Below, in pieces: positions 39,525-51,400 of a DNA stretch of 64,000 bases. Location: positions 5,521,181 to 5,585,180 of the forward strand of contig OZ316895.1 of NCBI GenBank assembly GCA_973895155.1. The letters are read 5' to 3'. The number at the start of each line of letters is the position of its first letter. The first letter of the stretch is position 1. Source of the DNA: Marsupella aquatica (Eukaryota; Plantae; Marchantiophyta). The position numbers were made by a program, and so were the translations under genes. The notes beneath the pieces were generated by a model. That model was not told the DNA's origin. It saw only the letters and a list, made by a program, of their open reading frames with translations, and searched no databases.

Positions 39525-40075
39525 GAAGAAACCATCAGCTCGCATGACCTTGGGGCCGGTGAGATATTTTGCAAGCAAGGATAATTTACTCGAACCCAAT
39601 TATTCAAAAATGCTATATGATGCAGTTTACAAAGTCTTGGCAAGAAACTATCAGCTCCCAGAACCTTGGGGCCAGTGAGATATTTTGCAAGCAAGGATAG
39701 TTTACTGACGCCCAATTATCCAACGATGCTGCAGTTTGCAAAGTCTCGGCAAGAAACTGTCAGCTCCAATGACCTTGGGGCCAGTGAGATATTGAAAGCA
39801 AGGATAATCTACTCAAGTCCAATTATTCAACGAAGCCTCTTGTGATGCAGTTTGCAAAGTCTTGGCAAGAAAATAAGCTCCCATGAGCTTGGGGCCAGTG
39901 AGATATTGCGTACAAGAATAATTTACTCAAGGCCAATTATTCATCAAAGCCTCATATGATGCAGTTTGCAAAGTCTTGGCAAGAAACTGTCAGCTCAGGC
40001 TTTTGCAAGCAAGGATAATTTACTTAAGCCCAATTTATTCAACGACGCCTCCTGTGATTCTGTTTGCAAAGTCTG
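39525..40075. repeat. Tandem repeat, ~110-125 bp x ~5
   Basis: Recurring GAAACT.TCAGCTCCCA.GACCTTGGGGCCAGTGAGATATT.GCAAGCAAGGATAATTTACTC..CCAATTATTCAA..TGATGCAGTTTGCAAAGTCTTGGCAA. Confidence 0.9.
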
Positions 40076-41811
40076 GGCTGACTGATGATCAGTGTTGTTA
40101 TGCAGCAGTCACTCATTTGATTCTCTTTGGAAAATCCTCCTGGAGTGCCCATCCGTCCAACACAGGTTTTCTTCTTTTCCACGATTCACTACCATGACTC
40201 GACATGGCTCTCTTATCTTTTCCAAGCATAATATTATATTCTACATTACACTGCCCCTAAGTTGTACATCCTTCCCTAAACAATTATACTGTACCAATTA
40301 TACCGTAGGCCGACCATGTCTTCCCCTAATATTAGAAGGATTTGTCCTGTAAATGCAACAAAAAATTGCAGTTTTGCATAAGTGCAGGTCCACTCTTACC
40401 AAATGACAAAGTATTGGCACTAAACCACAGAAACATAAAGAGCATTTCAGTCTGTAAGTGTACACATGCATTTATCACTTACTGTTGCATGCATCAGAAG
40501 CATTTATTGATAAGTGCAACAAACACGTACATAAATATTTTTATGCACTTATCCAGTTGAATTGTGCAGCCAGTGATGGAAGCTTTTCAGTAAGTAGTTG
40601 GTATTCTATCCATGCAATGGGTCCCTTCAAGTAGCAATGTCAAACTTTGTGTCCATCCAAGTTTCCAGTTCAATTTCCACCAAGGTTCATTTTTAAACTT
40701 TAGAAACAATGTTAATCCCAACCAAGCTACTGACAACCGACCCTCATTTGTTTATCATGCAAAATGTATGTATATTCTTGCCATCGATATATATTTGCTT
40801 CGCCTGGCCAATTCCCCTATCACCTTACTCTGTGGTGGGGGCAATTCACTTCATTCTGCTATTTCTCCTGTCACCCTTTGTTTCTCTCTGCAGACAGTGT
40901 CTAGAGCCTTCACTTAGCTTCAAATATGTACATCAAGAAGAAAGGATATTCTTGTCATACTTTATGAAAAAATGTGTACATTATATATCAATGTTTGACA
41001 TCAAGAAGGATGGAATATTCCTGCAATATGCAATGATTGTTTTTGTGCAGAAACTACAATGCAGGAGTGGTAAGTCCTACCTGCTAGGTCACTACTCTAA
41101 GGATGATCAAGTTCACAAATTACCTTTCAAATTACAACACAACAACATCAAAAATTTATTTATATTTCATTTGTCTACTTTAATAACAATGTATTCAGTA
41201 CTTTATATCAAAATAATTAAAGCATTCCCAAAATATGAGGACCCAGCTCACAAATTATCTTTGAGATTACAGCAGAACGCCATAAATAATTTATTTAGAT
41301 TTCATTTTCTGCTTTGAAAATAATGTATCAAGTGTTTAAACCACCACCGCCATATAAAAGGAGTGTCCAAAATTTCTCCCTTTCTCCCATTCTTCTCCTC
41401 TACCCTGAGGTTTTGCTCCTCAATTTCAGGAAAAATACTAAAAATGGTGAAATGTGTGGAACCATGTTTTTGTCATGGCTAGTGGGCTCTTTAATGTCAA
41501 AATGATGTTAAGAACTGATTTTAGTAATACTCCATAAATAAATAAATTATTGAAATAAATATTTAAATATTTTAGAGTATTTCTAAAATATGTTTCAGGG
41601 ATGGAAATGTAGATGATTATTTATTTCTTAGAGAATTCCCCCAAAACATGTCTCAGGAAGTAGTTTTTTTCCAACAATAATTAATTTTTGTCTAACATTG
41701 GTTATCCCTAAGGTACTGGTCAACTTTTGCTGACTGTCAGGCCAAACTCGGGTTAGCCTGTGGTTAGTTTGGATTCAAGAATGTCTTGGCGCCCTTTTTC
41801 AGTCTCATTGG

Positions 41812-43200
41812 TTCGAATGTGAACTCAATTAATCAGTCCCTCGACCGAAATTCCAGCTCTTGTTCTTTCATTGATCAGCAAAACAGAACGATGCGGAAGA
41901 ATTGGAATGAAATTTCCAACAGGGTGTTGAAAGATATGCTCAGAAATCACTCGGGAACGCTCTGCTGTATTGAAGGTTCCGAATTCTGCTGATCGACTTT
42001 GGAGGCCGAGCCATCGCTCAGGAAACAGGCTCTTGAACGAATTAATTCGATTAATCAGTGCCCCGATTGAAATTCCAGCTCTTGTTCTTTCATTGATCAT
42101 CAAAACCGAACGATGCGGAATGAATCGCAGATAACAATGGAATGAAATTTCGACCAGGGTCTGATATGCTGAGAAATCACTCGGGAAAGCTCTACTGCAT
42201 TGAAGGTTCCCAATTCTGCAACTCCGCTTTGAAGGCCGAGACATCTCTCAGGAAACAGGCTCTCGAATGAATGAACTCAATTCATCAGTCCCTCTACTGA
42301 AGTCCTAGCTCTTGTTCTTTCATTGATCAATGCGGAACGAATCCCATCACGATTGAATGGAATTTAAACCAGGTTGTTGATAGAAATACTGAGAAATCAC
42401 TCGGGAATGCTTTACTTTACAGAAGGGTCCCAATTGTGCCGTTCCACTTTGGAGGCCGAGACATCGCTCAGGAAACAGGCACCGTCGCTCAGGAAACAGG
42501 CTCTCGAAAGGACTAACTCAATCAATCAGTCCCTCGACTGAAATTCCAGCTCTTGTTCTTTCACTATCACCAAACGATGCGGAACGAATCGCAGATAAAC
42601 ATGAATTGAGTTCGACCAAATTGTTGAAAGAAATACTGAGAAATCGCTCGGGAAAGGTCTAAGGTACTGAAGGTTCTAATTCTGCCGTTCCACTTTGAAC
42701 GCCGAGACTCTTCAGGAAACAGGCTCTCGAATGAATCAACTCAACTTATCAGTCCATCGACTGAAATTCCAGCTCTTGTTCGTTCATTGATGATCAAAGA
42801 ACTATACGGAACGAATCGCCGATAACGATAAAATGGAGTTTTGACCAGGTTGCTGAAAGAAATATTGAGATATCACTCGAGAAAGCTCAATTGTTTTGAA
42901 GGGTCCCAATTCTGGCGCTCCGCTTTGGAGGCCGAGACATCGCTCAGGAAACAGGCTCTCGAGAGAATGAACTCAATTAATAAGTCCCTCGACTGAACTT
43001 CCAGTTCTTGTTATGTCATTCGATCATCATAACCGAACGATGGGGAACCAATCGCAAATAACGATGGAATGGCATTTCGACCAGATTGCTGAACGAAATA
43101 CTGAGAATCACTCGGGAAAGCTTTGTTCTGAAGGCTGCCAATTCTGCCGCTCCAATTTGAAGGCCGTGACATCTTTCAGGAAACAGGCTCTCGAATGAAT
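41812..43200. repeat. Tandem array, ~230 bp x 6
   Basis: Anchor TCAGGAAACAGGC at ~42018, 42248, 42468/42489, 42713, 42944 and 43176. Other conserved blocks are TCCAGCTCTTGTT, ATCACTCGGGAA and GGCCGAGACAT. Confidence 0.95.
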
Positions 43201-45577
43201 GGTGGATCGGGGATTGAGGTGGAAATTGTAGAGACAAGTAGTTGTCCGAGAAATTTCTGTACTAGTGAGTGACTGTACCAGAGCTACTTCGCCTGAAGAC
43301 AGAGAGAGAGAGACATCGCTAAGGGAAAGCAAGTCTCCGATCTCGCTCGGATTTAGTGTGCCCGAGATGAATGGAAGAATCAGAGATTCAGGTTGAGGAA
43401 CTTGGGGCCAGAGTGTTCGAATTTCGGTTTGATGTGCTGTTGATTTGATAGGCGTGTTCGACGGAGCCTCTGCGTGAGTCGAAGGATTTCTTTAATCGAA
43501 AGATCAGACACAAACGGGCGAGAGAGAAGAAACAGGGGTTGAGGCGAGTTGTTGAGGTCCAAAAGAGAAGGGGTGAGGTGAATGAGAGAAACTTGGACAT
43601 CCCCGTGAATCCAAGGATTTCGTTCGAAGAATAGGTAAGGTGGACCCGGGCGGGAAGAGAGTTTGAGGCGAGGTGCACTTCGTAAGCTGCAGACAGGAGT
43701 CGGATCCCCAGCTCTTGTGTGTTGGATCGTTTTGATGGCCGCACCAGCTCATCCACTTTCGGTCTTCCAGGCCCTCCCGACTCATGAAGATAAATCTCAT
43801 ACGCACAACGCTTGGAGTAATAAGATCCCAGACGACTGCATTGCTCTGTATCTCCACGGAGTATTTGAGTTGCCATGGCTCGATTATATTGGTTCTGCCC
43901 TTCATCAGTCCGAATCATTATTGTAACCGAAGCTGACCCCAAATGATCATCACTCATTCTACAGACATCACCTCCTCTGAAAGAAAGGCCGTAGAATAGA
44001 CGCATGACATGCTATCTTTGGTGAGCAGAAGTACTTACAGTCCGCATGAAGGAGTCCTCGACTCCCCAGCAGTCTGCGAGCCTGCGGTCCCCAGAATTGC
44101 TGCCGCCCATCGGACTCTCTGAACAGTAGCCAAACACAATTGAATTGTTTCATTATTTCACAGCATTTGAACAATATGATTAAGGTTCTTTATTTTCTTT
44201 TACACATGAGCAGAATGAATAGATGCAGACCTAAAGCTCCACGCTATTCCAAGGTAATTGTTTTGACGAGCGGGTTTGACCCTGATACCGATTAGCCTGA
44301 CGTGACTCCTTTACCAAAACAGCAGATCCTAGATCAATGGTTTTGAGCTTCTGGGATCGGGAGAGTTACCATCAAAGAACTTCTGGGATCGGGACAATCG
44401 TCGGGAGCTTTTAGTGCCCCCGCTAGCGGGTCTAATTTCCTTAAACACTTGTTTAATGTGATTTGTGAAGTTCTCAAGTCGTGCTTGCATGAGTTGAGGA
44501 GCTGAATTGCATGATTAGCTGATGCAAACAATGTATTCGAAACAAGGAAGAAGCGCTGGGAAAGGTACATTGAAGGGAAGGCCACTAAAAACTGTTAGAA
44601 GGCCCAGGAAAGCTCCAGAACCCAACGATCGAGGTCGTCAGCCCGCAAGTAAGTCTGCAACTAATTCAGTGTCCCGTGTATTACTGGACAAACATTAGTC
44701 GTTCCTCCAAGGTTCAAAGAGTGGCCGACTTGACCTGCAAAAGGCTGACTGCTTCTGTCTCCAACTTCATGTCATCTAGACAGAAAGTATGTGACTCCGA
44801 CAATCCAAACAGTTGATCACCCAAATTGAGATCCGTATAACTGCCAGACCCTGTGATTTGTACTCATTCCTTTCAGGTTGATGGAAGCTTGCAATTAGTA
44901 TGATCATAAAGTTGCACATTTGGACACAGTTTGTTTTCACATTTGTACACTGTAATCGTGTCATTTGATATATGGACATCTAGTAATGTTGATGGTCCAA
45001 ATTGGTTCTTGGGGCTGCTAATGTTTTCATACCAAACAAACCCTTCTCATCTACGATGATATGGTGTGCCGAGAGAGTCCACTGCTCACTCATCGCCGAA
45101 ACTTTGCTCTTCCTGCTCCGCCTGTTCCCTCATCGTTCACTGTCCAAAGTCTTCACGACGACCGTAGAGTGCAATTATCAGTGTGGAGTAAGAAGCTAGG
45201 ATTGCAGGTCCAGTTATTAGTTTAATGTCCAGGTAGGCAAATAGGCTTCAGACTGCTGCTGCTTTCGATCGAGGACTTCGAATTGGATTTCCAAGAGAAC
45301 AGTGAAGTTAGGTGTGACAAGGACGGGCACGTAGCTTAATTGCTCACAGGCGCAGCGCTTGCCTCGTTCCATAACCATTTTTAAAGTCTTCTTCTCATGT
45401 CGTTATTATGAGTTATTGAAAGATAACGATTAATCTTTTCCACAATTCAACGATACGATCGTAAGACAAGTTTGAGGGCGTACTTCAACACAATCTTCCT
45501 TTCTCCTAGCACAAATTACTGTTTTAACGGAATAAATATCTATTTGCATTGTCCTTCAACTGGAAGTATTTCAGGAC

Positions 45578-45672
45578 AGCCTGTTCACACTAATTCCTTT
45601 CAGGTGTTCCAATAGCCTGTTCACACTACTTCCTTTCAGGTGTTCCAATACCCTGTTCACACTCAATTCCTT
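45578..45672. repeat. 36-bp minisatellite x ~2.6
   Basis: AGCCTGTTCACACTAATTCCTTTCAGGTGTTCCAAT repeated. Confidence 0.85.
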
Positions 45673-46276
45673 CTGCTTTGCTGTTAACATGTTCGAGCTT
45701 TCCTTCGTTATACACAGAACTTACTTACGTACAGTGTGCAAAGTTTGTCTTTCGTCCTCGGATATACTCAAATTCGATCTTATTGTTATCTTAACAGCCT
45801 GCTGTACATTCGGGAAGTGTGAATAACTGGGGAAGCAAAAACTAGGGAGGTGTTTTCGAGCACGCCTCTGTAGTTTTCAAGTCAACACATTCACGTGTTT
45901 TCAAGTCAACACATTCACGTTCATGACGCTCATCATTCAACATGTTCAGAAATATCAGCATTTCCCGGGACACTGAATATCTAGTCGTCCGAGAAACTAA
46001 CAACAATTTTCACTTTCATTATCATATTCTATTAAGTGCACATTGGAAAACAAGCAGACTGCAGAGGACACAAGAGGAGAGTAGATAATCGGTGTCCAAG
46101 CGACATCTCTTTACTTAAGACATTTCGGACAATCTGAAGAAAGGACATTGTTTCATGTAATGCTCAAGAGCACATGAGCGGCAGCATCTCTAACTGCACT
46201 TCTTCTGGATGGATTGAAGTCGGCACGGTACACGGCGTCGAGGACAAAACTAATTTACAAGAATTAGGCTCTGCAT

Positions 46277-47246
46277 CTAAGATCCGGGGGTGAAGCTGGT
46301 GGCGTAGGCCCAGGCGTTGTTGACGACGGGGTCAGCCAAGTGGTCGGACAAGTTCTCGACGGGGCCCTTGCCGGTGACAATAGCCTGAACGAAGAATCCG
46401 AACATCGAGAACATGGCGAGCCTTCCATTCTTGAGCTCCTTCACCTTCAGCTCGGCGAAGGTGTCTGGGTCCTCAGCCAAGTTCAGGGGGTCGAACGATC
46501 CTCCGGGGTAGATGGGGTCGGTGATCTCACCCAACGGGCCTCCGGCCACTCTGTATCCCTCAATCGCTCCCATGAGAATAACCTGGCATGCCCAGATGGC
46601 GAGAATGCTCTGAGCGTGGATGAGGCTAGAGTTACCCAAGTAGTCGAGTCCTCCCTCAGAGAAGATCTGTGATCCAGCCTTGAACCACACTGCCTCTCCG
46701 AATTTCACGCCGTTCTTGGCCAGCAGCTCGGGGGTCACGCAGCCGAGAGCTCCCAACATAGCCCACCTGGCGTGGATCACCTCCAACTCCCGGTTCTTGG
46801 CGAAGGTCTCGGGGTCGGACGAGAGTCCGGCGGTGTCCCAGCCATAGTCACCTGGGTACTCTCCGGTCAAGTACGATGGGGTGGCTCCGGAGAAGGGGCC
46901 CAAGAACTTGGGGCGGTCCTCACCGTACCTGCGGAAGCAATGCCATAGAATGTTCATTCCCCGATCAAAACCAAAATCACTCAAAACAATGCAACCACAC
47001 AATGTGGCGAGACACATGACGCTGTGGTCGTATACTAGACAAGAATCAAATGTCGGAGTCATCGAAAGAGCAGAAATGCGAGAGCGATGAAGGCACTTAC
47101 CAGATGCTGGTGGGGGTAGACTTGAGGGTCTTCCTCATGGTGACGCGGGACTCACCCACATTCACCTTCGCGGCGAGGGCGTTGCTGGAGAGGCCCAAGG
47201 CCTGTCCAGCAAGGCTGGTGGAAGCGCATGCGGTAGCGGCTGCCAT
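46277..47246 (-). CDS. LHCB: Major LHCII chlorophyll a/b-binding protein (Lhcb1/2, LHCBM type), 265 aa, 2 exons
   Basis: Transit peptide [10 protein letters not shown]..., mature N-terminus MRKT, trimerisation motif [36 protein letters not shown]. Exons 47101-47246 and 46277-46928 total 798 nt with a GT-AG intron splitting the Trp codon. Confidence 0.97.
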
Positions 47247-47379
47247 TGTTGCTCGACTTCGACGAGAGAGAGAGAGCAACGAGAAGAAAGCTTCGAGCTG
47301 AACGGAGAGAAGTGCCGAACAGTGTGAGACGAGGAAATGTATTCGGAACGGTCTGTGTGGGACTATAGGTACGACGAGG

Positions 47380-47712
47380 GCAGTACTTATGACTCAAAGC
47401 CGTCGCCCAACAGGCACCACGGGCTTCGCTGCGGTGGAGGGCCCGGCCATGCGATTGGGCCAGATCCGCCACGTGCCGGGCGGGAGATCGGACGGGCCAA
47501 TGGGAGCGCGCGGAAGAAGATGGCGAAGATGGCATTCGGACTAGAGAGAGTGGATTTTGTTTGGGTAAGGAGAGGGACAGAGGAGGGACTACCGTCGTCG
47601 AGTAGGCTAGATGGATGGATAGATAATCGGAGGGTGCTCTGCTGCTCTCTCACGGGCCCCCGCCTATCGCCACGCTCGTCTTCTCCAGTGCATGTAGAGG
47701 ACGGGGATAAGC
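47380..47712 (-). promoter_or_regulatory. Light-responsive LHCB promoter
   Basis: CCAAT box (ATTGG on +, ~47454), G-box GCCACGTG (47468-47475), GATA/I-box-like GATAAT (~47623) and GATAAG (~47706), and a CT-rich leader at ~47262-47276. This combination is typical of CAB promoters. Confidence 0.6.
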
Positions 47713-47784
47713 GAATGGATTGAGTTGTGGATTGATGCTCGGGACGACGGCCGTCGGGACCGCCGTAACTTTCGTCTATTTGCT

Positions 47785-48090
47785 CTTTGTCTCGACTGCA
47801 AGTTTTATTGTGGGGTGGAACTGGATTGTTATTTTGGGTCTCGACTACAGTTTTCAAGTGTGGCGTAAAAGGGAATTGGATTTTTTTTGGGGGGTGGGTC
47901 TCGACTGCAGTTTTTATTGTCGAGTAAAAGGGAATTGGATTGTTTTTGTGGGTTTCGACTGCAGTTTTTAAGTTTCGAGTAAAAGGGAATAGGATTCGTT
48001 TGTTGGGTCTCGACTGCAGTTTTTATTAACAAGTAGAGCGGAATGGGATTGTTTTTTGGGGGCTCGAATGCACTATTTATTGTCCAGTAA
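47785..48090. repeat. ~57-60 bp minisatellite x ~5 abutting the LHCB promoter
   Basis: Unit approx. TGGGTCTCGACTGCAGTTTTTATTGTCGAGTAAAAGGGAATTGGATTGTTTT. A diverged ~360-bp duplication follows (GTCCAGTAAAATGCAACTATTGTACC at ~48082 and ~48444). Confidence 0.85.
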
Positions 48091-51000
48091 AATGCAACTA
48101 TTGTACCATAGTTGGAACACTACCTCAATGGCTAGGAATCATATTCTTCTGGTCCTGATTTTAAATAATATAGAGGGAGTGACAACAAAAGCTTGAATCA
48201 TCATTTTCTAGTTGGCTACAAGGACTGAAGGACGCTGGGCTCCTCACCTAAAAACAATGCCCAGAAGGACTGAAGGGTTTACTGTAAATCACAGATGGAT
48301 TTTCAAAGCTTGGACCAGAGCTGGACCATGGCTGTTAAGAGCAGAAAAACATTCATCTATTTATTTTTCCTTGCCTGCAGTTTTGTTGTCAAGTAAAACA
48401 GAATTGAAATTGTGTGTTTTTGGTCTCTAATTCACTAATGATTGTCCAGTAAAATGCAACTATTGTACCGTGGTTAGAAACACTACCTCAATGCCCAAGC
48501 TTTGGTAGGAATCATATTTTTCCCATCTTGGTTGTCTATTTTAAATGGCATGACAACACAACTTTTCAAATCATCAATTTCTAGTTGGCTGCAATAAAAT
48601 GTAGGATGCTGGCCTCCTGATCAATTACAGAGTTTGTCCCAGTTTTTTGCAATCCTAACAGTTCCAATTAGGCGGGATAGGGCACTAGCTAGCTACCCAA
48701 AGGCCATTATATTAGAGGCATGTCCTTACCCAGAGTCATGAAACAAAATGTTGAAAAATTAGAATCTCAATTAGAAAATATTCTATTGGAGGAGAAACTC
48801 ATCATGCCTATTTCCAGTTGTAACCGTAACTGTATTTGTGTTCCTAGTGTCAAGTTCTAGAGGGTTCACACAATACAACAAGTGCTTATCCTAGCTTTTG
48901 ATCTTGCCCTATTTGGTAGATTTGTGTGTTTATTTTTAGCTTTGAATGCACATTTTATTGTGGGGCAAAAGCCAAGGAGTTGGAAACATTTGAAGCGTAT
49001 ATATATTTGGTCTCAAATGCATTTCTATTGTCCAGTATGACCCAAATAGATGTTAACATTTGCTTTTTTTGTTTGGAGTGTGCTTTTTGCTTTCCCAGTA
49101 CAACACAGACATCAAAGCCCAAATGGACTTGAACATTGTCTCTCACAACTCCCACACATAGGAGGATTAAGGTAGCTAGGGTTCCCAGAGGGGTGACCGT
49201 ATACCTTGTAAAGGAAATATGGGAGGCCTTATTTGTGCCATCAAGACAGGTGTACGTTTATTGGGGATCACATCTCCAGCATCAATTTTAACTCACTTAC
49301 AATGAGGCTGGAGTATGATTAAAGAGCATGCTCGGGATTTGATGGGCATCAATTTGGTAGTTATGGATCACGGACACAAAAAGTTATGGACAGGGTTATC
49401 GACGATCAACTCATAGTCTATAACTTTTTCCATAAAGACAGGTCATATGCCATGACCATTAGTCCTTGTAGAGACTACTGAGAAAAACTTTTACATAACC
49501 TTGCGAAATAGTTATGATCATTCCTTTATGGCTTAAAACTATCATCCTTACTTTTGAAGCTTTGGGACGCCCTATTATAGTCGTACACGTGTTCTGACAC
49601 ATGTGAGGTAATGCTGGCTGTCTCTTGATGTAAAATGTTGTTCGTTTACAGCACCAGTCTATGAAAGACCGGAAATACACACCAGAGACAGTTAACTTCC
49701 CATGAGAGATGCCCAGAGAGGCATGGCTGTGTGGTAGCTCACTTAAGTAGTGACTCATAGGTCTTGGGTTCAAAAGTTGTGAGTGACTGATCCTTTTCCG
49801 CAGGGTTTCACAGATTTTCCCTAAAAAAAATTATATTAAAAAAAAAACTCTCATGAGGGATAAAAGTTTACATCTGGAGAAGATTAAGTGGACCAGGAGC
49901 ATAAATGAACGCCCAATCTTAAACTGATTGTGTGAAAGGTTTGCTCAGTTCACACCTGATGGCTCATGAGAACCTGGTGAAAAATAGATGGGAGCAGCCA
50001 CTAAGTAGTCTTGGTGACTTGATTTTGGGGCAATGTTTGGATTTGTAAGTGAAGGTTTCTAATGGGAAAGTTGATGCTCTGGATAACATGATCATAGGGT
50101 GAGAATAATTCTTGTCAAAAAGCATGATCAATTCATGTCCAGTTGGTAAACATTTGGAAGGTTAAGGAGGGCAGATTGGACACCATGGCTTCTGTTTTGA
50201 GTGTTGTGTTGACTATTGGCTGGACGTTTACATTTGGAAGCCCAGAGAAAGGGACCATGTCTTCACAATTTCAGTGGATCGACTAGGATCAGACATGTGA
50301 GAATTTGAGGGAGAGACTGGGAAATCTCTTTTTGTGTTCTCAAAACTTTAACTTCTAAGTAGAAATGTTTCAAACGAGAAACATTAATACATTTATGGGT
50401 CCAGATTTCAGACGAGAAACATTCATGTATATATTGTTTGATAAAGCAACTAGTTCTAAAATTTGTTTCTCAATCTTTTTGTTCCAAAAAATTGACAAGT
50501 TGAAGCTAATTTGTTCACTTGCCGCACTGAACGCATCCTTATAGCCCTAGAAACCAACATGTTTGTAGTGGGGATTCTACCTCTCTGAGAAGTCTTCACT
50601 CTTCCCACCTGGCCACTGGTCTCATTAGCCAGATCCGACGATTATCCTTAAATCTACAAAAATTCCAACGGTCAGAAATGAACCTAGGAAAACTAGATGT
50701 AGAATAGTCCCAGTATCATCTTCTTTCACATGGTAACATTGCCACTCTACAGTAAATGCTTTGCGCTTTTTAGGGTGAGATCAGATTTTGGATCAGATTG
50801 GGATGTGTTTCGTCCACATTGGAAGGTTTTGACACCACCCCTCTTTACTCTATGGCCGACCAGAAGAATGGACCCACCAACGGCCGTCGGTGGTGAGATG
50901 CGACGCCGTCAGTGCGTTACTCCATCTCCTTTGTCTGCAGCACCATATCCACAGTTTTGCGCTTGGCTGAAAGCGGGAAATACGCTCTTATTCTGTTCGC

Positions 51001-51177
51001 TGGCATAGTTTTTTCTTTGGCTGAGGGAGTGATGGGCCCCACCTCGCCCATCCCCACCCCATCACGTGGCGCGTTGTGGACCGTGATATTGTTTGTGGCC
51101 CTCTCGCATCCTAAGTTCTTTTTTCCTTTTTTTTCGTTTTTCTTTCTCTTTTTCATTTGTCTTTTTCTTTAGTTTGC

Positions 51178-51400
51178 TTTTCCTGTCTGCCGTCAACATA
51201 CAAAGAAAAACCCCCAGTGGTCGGTTCTACAGAGAGACTCGGACGAACATGCTCCAACCAAAGTGTAGCAATTTTGTTTTTCATCTTTTTTTTCCCGGTT
51301 GTTTTACAGCTTTTCCTGTCTGCTTTCAACATACAAAGAAAAGCCCCCATTCGTAGGTTCTAGAGACTCGGATGGACATGCTCAAAACCAGAGTGTAACA
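51178..51400. repeat. ~133-bp degenerate tandem duplication
   Basis: TTTTCCTGTCTGC..TCAACATACAAAGAAAA.CCCC...GGTTCTA..GAGACTCGGA..ACATGCTC at ~51178 and ~51311. Confidence 0.8.

Noticed and set aside
40709-41317. 202-aa ORF
   Set aside because: Non-ATG start, AT-rich low-complexity composition with an internal duplication, and no recognisable domain.
41812-43200. C/D-box snoRNA cluster (TGATGA...CTGA on the minus strand of the 230-bp units)
   Set aside because: Box C is intact in only about 2 of 6 units, and no rRNA-complementary guide was recognised.
41812-43237. CRISPR-like array or repeat-protein CDS (ORFs 41825-42244, 43016-43237)
   Set aside because: Sequences between conserved blocks are homologous to each other rather than unique spacers. 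The context is eukaryotic with no cas genes. Units differ by frame-breaking indels.
46929-47062. N-terminal part of the 261-aa LHCB ORF in the track (MTPTFDSC...)
   Set aside because: This is intron read-through. The true N-terminus is in exon 47101-47246.
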